Below, piece after piece: positions 1 to 8,685 of a stretch of DNA of 64,000 bases. The notes under the pieces are model-generated. The model was not told the origin of the DNA. It saw only the letters and a program-made list of their open reading frames with translations, and did not search any database. Source of the DNA: Paracoccaceae bacterium (lineage in GTDB: Bacteria > Pseudomonadota > Alphaproteobacteria > Rhodobacterales > Rhodobacteraceae); NCBI GenBank assembly GCA_049602715.1, contig JBMYRX010000004.1, positions 514 through 64,513 on the forward strand. Reading direction: 5' to 3'. Each line of letters starts with the position of its first letter. Within the stretch, counting starts at the first letter, position 1. Position numbers and translations under genes: made by a program.

Positions 1-370
1 CAGTAAGAATCTCAGAAACACTTACCCCGTCAATGGAAGAATTCTTTAAGGCCTCTACATCAGATACCTGCAAGGCTGCTGTGGCGAAGCTATCAACCAT
101 TGACTGAAAATCCTTGTTTTTTGCCACAAAGTCTGTTTCAGAATTTACTTCAATAACAACACCCGTATTATTACTAACCTTTACTGCAACAAGTCCTTCA
201 GCAGCAGTCCGACCAGATTTTTTGGCGGCCGTCGCAAGTCCTTTCGTTCGCAACCAATCTATAGAAGCCTCCATATCGCCATTATTTTCAATCAACGCCT
301 TTTTAGCGTCCATCATACCTGCCCCGCTAATATCACGAAGCTCTTTAACTAATGCTGCTGTTATCGACAT
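1..370 (-). CDS. tsf: Elongation factor Ts, N-terminal part (3' end runs off the left window edge)
   Basis: Reverse-complement translation from the ATG (cat at 368-370) reads [63 protein letters not shown]..., a canonical EF-Ts N-terminus. It lies directly downstream of rpsB, the usual rpsB-tsf order. Track ORF 114-416 (+) is its antisense shadow. Confidence 0.9.
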   Translation of the reverse strand, partial: MSITAALVKELRDISGAGMMDAKKALIENNGDMEASIDWLRTKGLATAAKKSGRTAAEGLVAVKVSNNTGVVIEVNSETDFVAKNKDFQSMVDSFATAALQVSDVEALKNSSIDGVSVSEILT

Positions 371-463
371 TATAAAATCCTTAAATAAAAAATTAACTCA
401 AGATAAAGTCATTTAAATCCAAAACAATATTGACCTCTAATCTAATAAGAAATCTACAAAATA

Positions 464-1483
464 TTATTCAGTCTTCTCAGGTGAGGAACTCTCAGGTGAG
501 TCTGCTCCTTTTTCCGCGTCAGACAAAACGGGATCTATTTCTTCACTGATAGAACTTTCAACAATTTCACTACCTTCGATTGCCTCAACAGAATCACCGT
601 CAACAGTTTCACTGCTCTCAGTCTTTTCAGAAACGTCAGCCAGTATATCAGGATCCTCTGTGGATTCCTCTACGAAGAGTGCTGAGTCCGAGACCAGTTC
701 AACTTTTTTGTCTTGTTCACCGGTTTCATCCGTTAGAGCTGATTCCAATGGAGCCTCTTCTGATTCACCAAGATCTACTCCTGAATCGCCTAGCTGGGCA
801 GACATCCCTGCTAATGCAGCTCTGGCCATTAGATCACAATAAAAAGAAATAGCTCTTGACGCATCATCATTTCCTGGAATTGGATAATCTATACCATCAG
901 GAGAGCAGTTTGAATCCACTACAGCTACTACCGGAATACCTAATTTATTCGCTTCGGCTACAGCAAGATCCTCTTTATTAACATCAATCACAAATAAAAC
1001 CTCTGGTGTACCACCCATTTCACGAATTCCACCTAACGATGCTTGCAATTTGGTTTGATCTCGTTCCATTCCAAGTCGTTCTTTTTTTGTTAACCCGTCA
1101 GTTCCATCTTCCATAGCACTATCTATTTGTTTTAAACGATTTATAGAGTTTGAAACGGTTTTCCAGTTAGTCAAGGTACCACCCAACCAACGGTGGTTCA
1201 TGTAATATTGAGCACACTTATCAGCAGCTTCAGCAATAGGTTTTTGAGCTTGTCTTTTTGTTCCAACAAATAAAACCCTACCACCTCTTGAGGTTGTTTC
1301 CCTTACCATTTCCAAAGCTCTGTCGAGCATTGGCACGGTTTGCGTTAGATCAATTATATGGATACCATTTTTTGAACCATATAAATACGGCTCCATTTTA
1401 GGGTTCCACCTCTTTGTTTGGTGACCAAAGTGCACGCCAGCCTCGAGAAGTTGGCGCAGTGAAAAATCAGGCGTAGTAGCCAT
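464..1483 (-). CDS. rpsB: 30S ribosomal protein S2 with a long acidic C-terminal extension
   Basis: 339-aa ORF. The N-terminus, [30 protein letters not shown]...IHIIDLTQT...[11 protein letters not shown], is the conserved S2 core. The last ~100 aa are a D/E/S-rich tail. Confidence 0.95.
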   Translation of the reverse strand: MATTPDFSLRQLLEAGVHFGHQTKRWNPKMEPYLYGSKNGIHIIDLTQTVPMLDRALEMVRETTSRGGRVLFVGTKRQAQKPIAEAADKCAQYYMNHRWLGGTLTNWKTVSNSINRLKQIDSAMEDGTDGLTKKERLGMERDQTKLQASLGGIREMGGTPEVLFVIDVNKEDLAVAEANKLGIPVVAVVDSNCSPDGIDYPIPGNDDASRAISFYCDLMARAALAGMSAQLGDSGVDLGESEEAPLESALTDETGEQDKKVELVSDSALFVEESTEDPDILADVSEKTESSETVDGDSVEAIEGSEIVESSISEEIDPVLSDAEKGADSPESSSPEKTE

Positions 1484-1702
1484 AATATAATTTCCTTTCC
1501 GGTTTGTTCCTCGATGAAGCGCTAGAGCTGATACTCAACCGGTGGACTAAGAGGATTTATCCCTCTGAAGCCCGAACCTCATCTGTGAATTACTGGGTAT
1601 ATAAATAAAGTTTAATTGCTTAACAAGTCTTCTTTTTTGAATTTAAACTTATTTAAAATTACATTCTATGAACTTGCAACTTTTTCTTTTGCGGAGCAAT
1701 AA

Positions 1703-2584
1703 GTGATTATGAACAAAAAACCAGAAATATTATGTATTGGTTCAATTCTTTGGGATATGATTGGTTATTCTATTACTCCTTTAGTTCGAGGCGATGATAA
1801 AGAAGGGCTTATCAATAGACAGCCTGGGGGAGTTGCGATGAATCTCGCAGTGAGGCTTAGCAGGTACGGTGTAACCCCTGCTATCATCTCTGCCTTGGGT
1901 GATGACGCCGAAGGCCTTGAGTTAATTCAAGTTTGTAAAAAAAATTCTATAATATACAATGAAATTTTAATTTGTCCCAAACGGCGGACAGATTTCTATA
2001 TGGCGATCGAAGATCCAGGTGGAGTTGCTTTAGCAATAGCAGATACCAGATTACTAACTGAGAATAAAAAAAAGGTATTAGATCCCTTAATCTCAGGTCG
2101 TTACAAAAATTGGAAAGGTCCAATTATATTAGATAGTAATCTGTCTAGTGAGGTTCTTGAAGAATTACGTTATAACTCAGCCTTTAGGAATTCTGATTTC
2201 AGGCTAGCTCCTGGTTCGCCAAGTAAAGTTGATAGGCTGAGTATGTTTCTTAGTCACTGTGGTTCCAATATTTATCTAAATTTAAAGGAAGCTAATTTGA
2301 TTTTACAAAAAACTTTTCAGTCATCTATTGATGCAGCGCTCGAGATATTATCATTTGGTTTAAATTCTGTATTAGTTACAAATGGAGAAAAAATGGCTTG
2401 CTTTGCTCGGGGTGAAGAAATAATAAAAATGAAACCACCAACAGTTAAAGTTTCTAAATTAACTGGTGCTGGTGACGTTTTAATGGCGACTCATATTACA
2501 AAGCTCTTAGAAAGATCTACTAACTACGATGCAATGTTTTTTGCTCTCGAAGAGACAAGTAAGTTTGTTTCGGAGGATATTTGA
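1703..2584 (+). CDS. psuK: PfkB-family carbohydrate kinase, pseudouridine-kinase-like
   Basis: 293 aa with a PfkB-type C-terminal motif (LTGAGDVLMA). It ends 2 nt before the psuG homolog, the same pairing as E. coli yeiC-yeiN. The start may be GTG 1703 or ATG 1709. Confidence 0.65.
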   Translation: MIMNKKPEILCIGSILWDMIGYSITPLVRGDDKEGLINRQPGGVAMNLAVRLSRYGVTPAIISALGDDAEGLELIQVCKKNSIIYNEILICPKRRTDFYMAIEDPGGVALAIADTRLLTENKKKVLDPLISGRYKNWKGPIILDSNLSSEVLEELRYNSAFRNSDFRLAPGSPSKVDRLSMFLSHCGSNIYLNLKEANLILQKTFQSSIDAALEILSFGLNSVLVTNGEKMACFARGEEIIKMKPPTVKVSKLTGAGDVLMATHITKLLERSTNYDAMFFALEETSKFVSEDI

Positions 2585-2585
2585 T

Positions 2586-3506
2586 ATGGATTTAATAAAA
2601 TTTTCAAATGAAGTCGAATACGCACACGAAAATAATATACCAATTGTTGCTCTAGAGAGTACTATAATAACTCATGGCATGCCCTACCCTGATAATTTAA
2701 AAACTGCCAGACTAGTAGAGGAATCTATTCGTAAACTTGGTGCTATACCAGCAACTATTTCGGTGATGAACGGTTTAATAAATGTCGGTATGACAGATAA
2801 TCAGCTGCAAGAATTTAGCCAAATTCTCGATTCAGCAAAATTATCGCGGGCTGACTTAGCCGTTTGCCTTTCGAAAGGGCAAACAGGTTCGACAACCGTT
2901 GCCGCCACGATGATAATTGCTAAATTAGCAAATATAGAAGTTTTTGCGACCGGTGGGATTGGAGGTGCTCACCCAGGCTCTGAACTAAGCTTTGATATAT
3001 CCTCAGATCTTTATGAACTTTCAAAAACGGCCGTTAATGTTGTCTGCTCTGGGCCCAAAGCAATACTAGATGTGCCTAAAACACTCGAAATTCTCGAGTC
3101 CTTGGGTGTGCCAGTGATTACTTACAGGCAGAATCAGCTTCCAGCTTTTTGGTCATCCTCGAGTGAGATAAAATCGCCTATTACGATGAACAGTGTTACA
3201 CAAATTGCTAATTCTTTTATATATCGAAAAAATTTACAACTGGAAGGTGGACAACTGATTGCAAATCCAGTCCCTAAAGAATTTGAAATACCACAACATG
3301 AAATAGCTGTTCATATTAAAAACGCATCTGAGGACGCAGAGAGCTTTAAGATAGCTGGAAAAGATTTAACGCCATTCTTGTTAAATAAAATTTATGAAAG
3401 AACCAAAGGAGCTTCTCTGAAGGCAAATACCGCATTAATTATTAATAATGCTAAACTAGCAGCTGAATTGGCTATCAGTCTCAAAAATTTACAAAAAGTT
3501 CTATAA
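2586..3506 (+). CDS. psuG: Pseudouridine-5'-phosphate glycosidase
   Basis: From ATG 2586 the product begins MDLIKFSNEV.... Strong YeiN-like motifs are present: VALESTIITHGMPYP, GSTTVAATMIIA, VFATGGIGGAH, FDISSDL. The track start at 2529 overlaps psuK and is probably a false upstream extension. Confidence 0.9.
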   Translation: MDLIKFSNEVEYAHENNIPIVALESTIITHGMPYPDNLKTARLVEESIRKLGAIPATISVMNGLINVGMTDNQLQEFSQILDSAKLSRADLAVCLSKGQTGSTTVAATMIIAKLANIEVFATGGIGGAHPGSELSFDISSDLYELSKTAVNVVCSGPKAILDVPKTLEILESLGVPVITYRQNQLPAFWSSSSEIKSPITMNSVTQIANSFIYRKNLQLEGGQLIANPVPKEFEIPQHEIAVHIKNASEDAESFKIAGKDLTPFLLNKIYERTKGASLKANTALIINNAKLAAELAISLKNLQKVL

Positions 3507-3573
3507 ATCAGCTTCTTCTTGCACTTACTTAAGATAGGAACTAGAAAAATATTTAGATTAACTAGCCAGGTGC

Positions 3574-4245
3574 GTGCAAGTGAATAAAAAAAACAATGAA
3601 ATCAGAAAAAATCTAAGTCGTGGTATACTCGGAAATATTAGAGGAAACTTTCTTGCTGGTTTAATAGTAATTGCTCCCATCGGCTTTACTATTTGGATTA
3701 TAATGTCTTTCATTAACTGGATAGACGGCTGGGTTTTACCTTTGATCCCTTATAATTATCATTTTACTGATTATTTGGGACTAAACCTTAAAGGTATTGG
3801 AGTAATCTTTTTCTTATTTTTCACAGTCATCATTGGCTGGTTGGGTAAAGGAATTTTAGGTCGTACATTCCTTAGGTTTGGAGAGAATCTTGTTGATCGG
3901 ACTCCAATTGTAAGATCTGTTTATAATGGAATTAAACAGATTGCGGAGACTATTTTATCATCTCGAGATAGTTCATTTGAAAAAGCTTGCATGATTGAAT
4001 ATCCGAGAAAGGGGATTTGGGCGATTGGGTTTGTTTCCAGTGATACTAAAGATGAAATAGCAGATAAAAACCCTCTAAAAACAGACAAATTAATTTCCGT
4101 TTTTTTACCAACAACTCCAAATCCCACTTCTGGATATTTACTTTTTATTCCACAATCTGACATAACTTACCTTGATATGACAGTCGAAGATGCAGCAAAG
4201 CTAGTTATATCGGCAGGCCTCGTTTATCCTAAAAAGAAAAAATAA
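3574..4245 (+). CDS. DUF502-family membrane protein
   Basis: 223 aa with two N-terminal hydrophobic helices. The conserved motif TTPNPTSGYLLFIP is typical of DUF502 proteins. GTG start; the exact start is uncertain. Confidence 0.7.
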   Translation: MQVNKKNNEIRKNLSRGILGNIRGNFLAGLIVIAPIGFTIWIIMSFINWIDGWVLPLIPYNYHFTDYLGLNLKGIGVIFFLFFTVIIGWLGKGILGRTFLRFGENLVDRTPIVRSVYNGIKQIAETILSSRDSSFEKACMIEYPRKGIWAIGFVSSDTKDEIADKNPLKTDKLISVFLPTTPNPTSGYLLFIPQSDITYLDMTVEDAAKLVISAGLVYPKKKK

Positions 4246-4261
4246 ATTCCTTTCTGTAATC

Positions 4262-6070
4262 TCATTCAAACCACCAGACATCTGGTAAAAAATTTATCCA
4301 ATCACCGTATGCAGGAAAATTTTCAGGATACTTAAGTTTTGAATCGTGTGCTAGCATTGAGTATGGTGAATACCAAATTGGAATAACATATCTTCCAGCT
4401 ATCAATATTCTGTCCAGCGCTCTAACAGCAGAAATGTAATCTTTCCGATCCGGTGATGTTAGCATTCTCTCAATCATTTTTTCTACAGCTAAGGAATTTA
4501 TGCCCATCCAATTCCTGGAACCAAATTTAGTAACCCCATCCGAACCCCAATACAGAAATTGCTCATTTCCTGGACTTAAAGAAAGACCTCGTCGGTAATA
4601 AGTCATATCGAAATCATAAACGTTCGTTCGTTCTTTGTACTGCGCGCTATCTATTACTGAGATAGTCACATTAACACCCAAGCGCTTAAGTGTTTCTCGA
4701 TAAATATTGGTAATTGCTTTAAGTTCAGAGCTCCCCTGCCTCAATAGAATTTCAAAACTTACTTCGTTATTACTAGGGTCAAGTAAACGCCCTTGACTAA
4801 CAGTATAACCAGCTTGCTCAAGAAGTTTTGACGCTTTCCTTATCGCTGGCCTATTACGTTCAGTTCCATCACCTACTGGCAGACTATAGCCTGTCAATGT
4901 GCCTGGTAACAACTCGTCCTCAAAAGGAATTAAAAATTCCTTTACACGTCCAGTTGCAGCCCCATCTAGTTTTCCCAGTACAGAATTTGAAAAATAGGAT
5001 GTTATTCGAGGCATTTTTCCATTATTGAGCTTTTTATTTATAAACTCAAAATTAAAAGCTTGTATAAGCGCTTCTCTTACACGCCAATCACTAAATAATG
5101 GGCGCCTAGAATTCATAACTAATCCTGAAATTCCAGATGGCCTTCTATGCGGGATTATAGATTTTACAATTTCACCTTTTTTTACTTTTTCAAAATCATA
5201 CTGAGTATCCCACTTTGCGCCATTTGTTTCTCTTAGAGCGCTAAGTTCACCTATCTTAAACGCTTCTTTCAAGGCTGCTCCATCACCAAAGAATTCGATT
5301 ATAATGTCATCTACATTATTAGTTCCTCGTCGAAATGGCAGATCTTTACCCCAATAATTTTTATTCCTTGATAATTTTATAAATTTTCCTGCCTCAAAGT
5401 CATTAATCACATAAGGCGCTGAAGCGATAGGCACCACATCCAGCCCGCTCGATTTAAAGTCATTGTCCTCCCATTGGCTTTTTTTAAGTATTGGACGTAA
5501 ACCCATTATCAAAGCTAGCTCTCTATCAGCCTCATTAAATTCAAACCTAACCTTATTACTTGATAATTTAGTGGACGATTTTATTTTTGCCCAGGAATTA
5601 GCGTAACGAGGATGTCCTTCTTTACCAAGCATCTCGTATGACCATAGTATATCATCAACGGTTACAGGGCTTCCATCCGAGAATTTCGCCTCTGATCTTA
5701 GTGTAAACTCTACCCAGAAATGATTTGGATCAACTTCTATAGATTCGGCCAACAACCCATAAAGTGTAAATGGTTCATCCCAACTTCTGCCCATAAGTGT
5801 CTCATATGCTAAAAAACGAAGTTGCCACGGCACACGACCCTTTCTGATATGCGGGTTTAAAGAGTCAAAACTTCCAACCACTCCTGTAGTATAAGTACCC
5901 CCCTTTTTAGCATTGACGTTAACATACGGCAGAGACACAAAATCTGGTGGTAGAGCGGGATCGCCATACATAGATATTCCATGCTTGCCTTCAGCAACTG
6001 CATAAACTGAATTTAAACAAAGAAGAAAAAATAATAATAGTGTAACGAATAACTTATTTACATTAAACAT
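4262..6070 (-). CDS. ABC transporter substrate-binding protein, family 5 (YejA-like, ~600 aa class)
   Basis: 602 aa with an N-terminal signal peptide (MFNVNKLFVTLLLFFLLCLNSVYA). Length and motifs fit the large peptide/opine-type SBP5 class. No permease or ATPase gene is adjacent. Confidence 0.8.
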   Translation of the reverse strand: MFNVNKLFVTLLLFFLLCLNSVYAVAEGKHGISMYGDPALPPDFVSLPYVNVNAKKGGTYTTGVVGSFDSLNPHIRKGRVPWQLRFLAYETLMGRSWDEPFTLYGLLAESIEVDPNHFWVEFTLRSEAKFSDGSPVTVDDILWSYEMLGKEGHPRYANSWAKIKSSTKLSSNKVRFEFNEADRELALIMGLRPILKKSQWEDNDFKSSGLDVVPIASAPYVINDFEAGKFIKLSRNKNYWGKDLPFRRGTNNVDDIIIEFFGDGAALKEAFKIGELSALRETNGAKWDTQYDFEKVKKGEIVKSIIPHRRPSGISGLVMNSRRPLFSDWRVREALIQAFNFEFINKKLNNGKMPRITSYFSNSVLGKLDGAATGRVKEFLIPFEDELLPGTLTGYSLPVGDGTERNRPAIRKASKLLEQAGYTVSQGRLLDPSNNEVSFEILLRQGSSELKAITNIYRETLKRLGVNVTISVIDSAQYKERTNVYDFDMTYYRRGLSLSPGNEQFLYWGSDGVTKFGSRNWMGINSLAVEKMIERMLTSPDRKDYISAVRALDRILIAGRYVIPIWYSPYSMLAHDSKLKYPENFPAYGDWINFLPDVWWFE

Positions 6071-6223
6071 ATAGCGGACCTCGGATTCTGTTGCATTAAT
6101 ACTAATCTAACAAATTTTTATAAAAATCAAACTTTTAACTTGGCCTACGAATGTAATCTGTTTATACAGTTCGATACTGCTCGATAGGTTTCTTGCCTGT
6201 ATGAAACCTGCCTCAATAACTTG

Positions 6224-6250
6224 ACGCCAGCTTCGGCTGGCGTTTTTTTT
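6224..6250 (+). terminator. Rho-independent terminator with no upstream + strand gene
   Basis: The 8-bp GC-rich stem acgccagc/gctggcgt has a ttcg loop and runs straight into a run of 8 T. It is strand-specific: there is no T-run on the minus-strand side. Confidence 0.7.
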
Positions 6251-6492
6251 CCACTCTTCTTCCATAGTTGTGAACTCTGCCAATGCTTGGAGTCCGAAAA
6301 CTTTACCACATATTAAAGTTTCCGTTGGTTAAGTAGTAGCACTTATTAAGCCTGAAATTATTTAATTATCGAATTTACTATATTTTTTTTAATAAGAATC
6401 GTTGCAAATCTCATGACTTGAGATAATTATCACCTAAGCGCGACTTTATTAAGTCGAAAGCTGTCATATCTAAAAAAAAGGGAGAAGGAAAT

Positions 6493-7578
6493 ATGGAAAG
6501 ACGTAAGTTTTTAACTGGAGCCGCATTGGCTGGAACCGGAGCGGCACTTGCAGCTCCAGCAGTAGCGCAAGGAGTGAAAACGATAACTATAGTTTCAACT
6601 TGGCCACGAGATTTTCCAGGTCTTGGTACATCGGCTCAGAGGCTATGCGCTAGAATTGACGCAATCTCTGGTGGAGCTTTGAAAACTGAATATTTTGCTG
6701 CAGGCGAAAAGGTTGGAGCTTTTGACAGCTTTGACGAAGTTGCGGCAGGAAATTCACATGCTTATATAGCCGCTGAATACTATTGGGGTGGTAAGCATGC
6801 TGGTTACAATTACTTCACATCCGTACCGTTCGGGATGACAACACCAGAATGGAATGCATGGATTAAATTTAAAGGCGGGCAAGAGCTTTGGGATGAGCTT
6901 GCTGCTAGTTTTAACCTTAAGGCTTTTACTTGTGGTGGAACAGGTGCTCAATGTGGTGGTTGGTTCAACAAAGAGATTAACTCTCCAGAAGACCTTCAGG
7001 GACTAAAAATGCGTATACCAGGACTTGGTGGAACTGTTCTTTCTAAACTTGGAGTTTCTACTGTTTCTTTGCCAGGAGGACAAATTTATGAGAATTTAGT
7101 CTCAGGTTCTGTTGATGCAACCGAGTGGGTTGGGCCTTATAATGATTACTTTATGAAATTTTATGAAGCCGCTAAGTATTACTATACTGGTGGGATGCAC
7201 GAGCCAGGTGGTGGCCTTGGGTTTGGAATGAATCTAGATTTCTATAATAATCTTACAGATCATGAGCGAGCTGTAATTGAAGCTGCTTGTATGGAAGAGA
7301 ATGCTGCCCAGCCAGAAGAGGCAATGGCAAACAACGGCACATACCTGAAGAAGCTTGTTGATGACCATGGAACACAACTCCGTTCATTCAATGACGACGT
7401 CTGGGATGCCTTTGGAGATGCTGCAGCTGAAGTTTTTGAAGAAACACGCCAACACTCTGAATTGGCTGCTAGGATTAACGACTCCTATCAGGCAGCACTG
7501 AGAGACATTGGTGGTTTCAGAGCGATTGCTGAAATTGAGTTCTCAAGTCAAAGAAACAGAGTTTTAGGCTTAACCTAA
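6493..7578 (+). CDS. TRAP transporter substrate-binding protein (DctP-type, COG4663-like) with a Tat-type signal
   Basis: 361 aa. It carries the twin-arginine leader MERRKFLTGAALAGTGAALAAPAVAQG. It is followed by TRAP small and large membrane subunits. The RBS gggagaagg lies upstream. Confidence 0.85.
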   Translation: MERRKFLTGAALAGTGAALAAPAVAQGVKTITIVSTWPRDFPGLGTSAQRLCARIDAISGGALKTEYFAAGEKVGAFDSFDEVAAGNSHAYIAAEYYWGGKHAGYNYFTSVPFGMTTPEWNAWIKFKGGQELWDELAASFNLKAFTCGGTGAQCGGWFNKEINSPEDLQGLKMRIPGLGGTVLSKLGVSTVSLPGGQIYENLVSGSVDATEWVGPYNDYFMKFYEAAKYYYTGGMHEPGGGLGFGMNLDFYNNLTDHERAVIEAACMEENAAQPEEAMANNGTYLKKLVDDHGTQLRSFNDDVWDAFGDAAAEVFEETRQHSELAARINDSYQAALRDIGGFRAIAEIEFSSQRNRVLGLT

Positions 7579-7593
7579 ATATACTTTTGACTA

Positions 7594-7619
7594 AGGGGCT
7601 ACTTTTGTAGCCCCTTTTT
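7594..7619 (+). terminator. Intra-operon intrinsic terminator/attenuator after the TRAP binding-protein gene
   Basis: The 9-bp stem aggggctac/gtagcccct has a tttt loop and is followed by a T-run. Confidence 0.7.
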
Positions 7620-7678
7620 CAAGCTAAGCTTTTATTTAAGACAATGATGGCCTATATATCTGGCTTTCGGAGAATTTT

Positions 7679-8674
7679 ATGAACTCTACCAATATAACAT
7701 CCGGACAAATCCTAGATGGCGAACCTGCTCTTTTAGCAAGAGCCTTTGGTTGGTTAACCTTAGCATTTTTAGTTGCCTTTATGATTAATAATGTTCTTTC
7801 GATAGGGTTTGATATTCCCTCTGGTAAAGATTTACTTACTAAACCCAGTTTAATTAATTTCATTCAGCCAATTGTTTATGTTGTTTGCTTCGCTTTAACC
7901 TTGTTTTGGGTTTATAGAACTCCAAGTCATACGCTAAGAAGCGACGCGAATAGAATTACAAACTTTAATACATATTTCATTCGTGGTTGTTTTTTTGCTG
8001 TACTTTTTGTTGGAGTTGTTGACGCTTCTATTGCCTGGTTACGAGTAGAAAGCCTTCTTCCTGTTGTTTTTAATGAGGCAACAGCTTCTGCACTTCTAAA
8101 ATCTCGTTTTATTGGCCCCGTAATTCACGTTCCGCTTGTTGTTTTAGGATTTGTGGTAGCGCTATTTTCGCGTACATTAGGTTTCTTTTGGTTGGCTCTT
8201 ATGATTGTTGGAGCTGAACTTTTAATTGTAATTTTCAGATTTGTGTTTTCTTATGAACAAACGATGATGGGTGACCTAGTAAGATATTGGTACGCCGCAT
8301 TATTCTTATTCGCTTCTGCATATACGCTCCTAGAAGAAGGGCACGTAAGAGTTGATATATTGTACTCTGGTTTCAATCAAAAGAAAAAAGGGAAAATTAA
8401 TGCTTACGGATCTATCTTGTTAGGTATGATGACTGCAATAACAATATTTCTCATATGCTTGTGGTCTAAACAGGCGATTGTGAATTCACCTGTAATGAAC
8501 TTTGAGGTTACACAAACCGGTACGGCAGGGATGTATACAAAGTACCAAATGGCTGTATTTTTATTAATTTTTGCTATCTCGATGCAAATACAATTTGTTA
8601 GTTATTTCTTGGAATCGGTTGCCGATACAAGAGGCGAACCTGGTAAACGAGTACCAAAACCAATTTCACACTGA
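7679..8674 (+). CDS. TRAP transporter small permease (DctQ-like) with an N-terminal membrane extension
   Basis: 331 aa and hydrophobic throughout. The DctQ-type EEGHVRVD motif sits near residue 220 rather than near the N-terminus. It lies between the TRAP SBP and the large permease. Confidence 0.75.
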   Translation: MNSTNITSGQILDGEPALLARAFGWLTLAFLVAFMINNVLSIGFDIPSGKDLLTKPSLINFIQPIVYVVCFALTLFWVYRTPSHTLRSDANRITNFNTYFIRGCFFAVLFVGVVDASIAWLRVESLLPVVFNEATASALLKSRFIGPVIHVPLVVLGFVVALFSRTLGFFWLALMIVGAELLIVIFRFVFSYEQTMMGDLVRYWYAALFLFASAYTLLEEGHVRVDILYSGFNQKKKGKINAYGSILLGMMTAITIFLICLWSKQAIVNSPVMNFEVTQTGTAGMYTKYQMAVFLLIFAISMQIQFVSYFLESVADTRGEPGKRVPKPISH

Positions 8675-8685
8675 GGCTGTACCAA

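Noticed and set aside
114-416. 100-aa + strand ORF at the left edge
   Set aside because: It is antisense to a reading frame that translates into an unmistakable EF-Ts N-terminus. Its own product has low complexity and no recognisable motifs.
2529-2585. Upstream extension of the psuG ORF in the track
   Set aside because: It overlaps the psuK 3' end in another frame. Homology to YeiN-type proteins begins only after the ATG at 2586.
6251-6492. Possible riboswitch upstream of the TRAP binding-protein gene
   Set aside because: I could not recognise a known riboswitch consensus (for example glycine, TPP or SAM). The terminator lies 240 nt from the start codon, which fits a separate transcript better than an expression platform.
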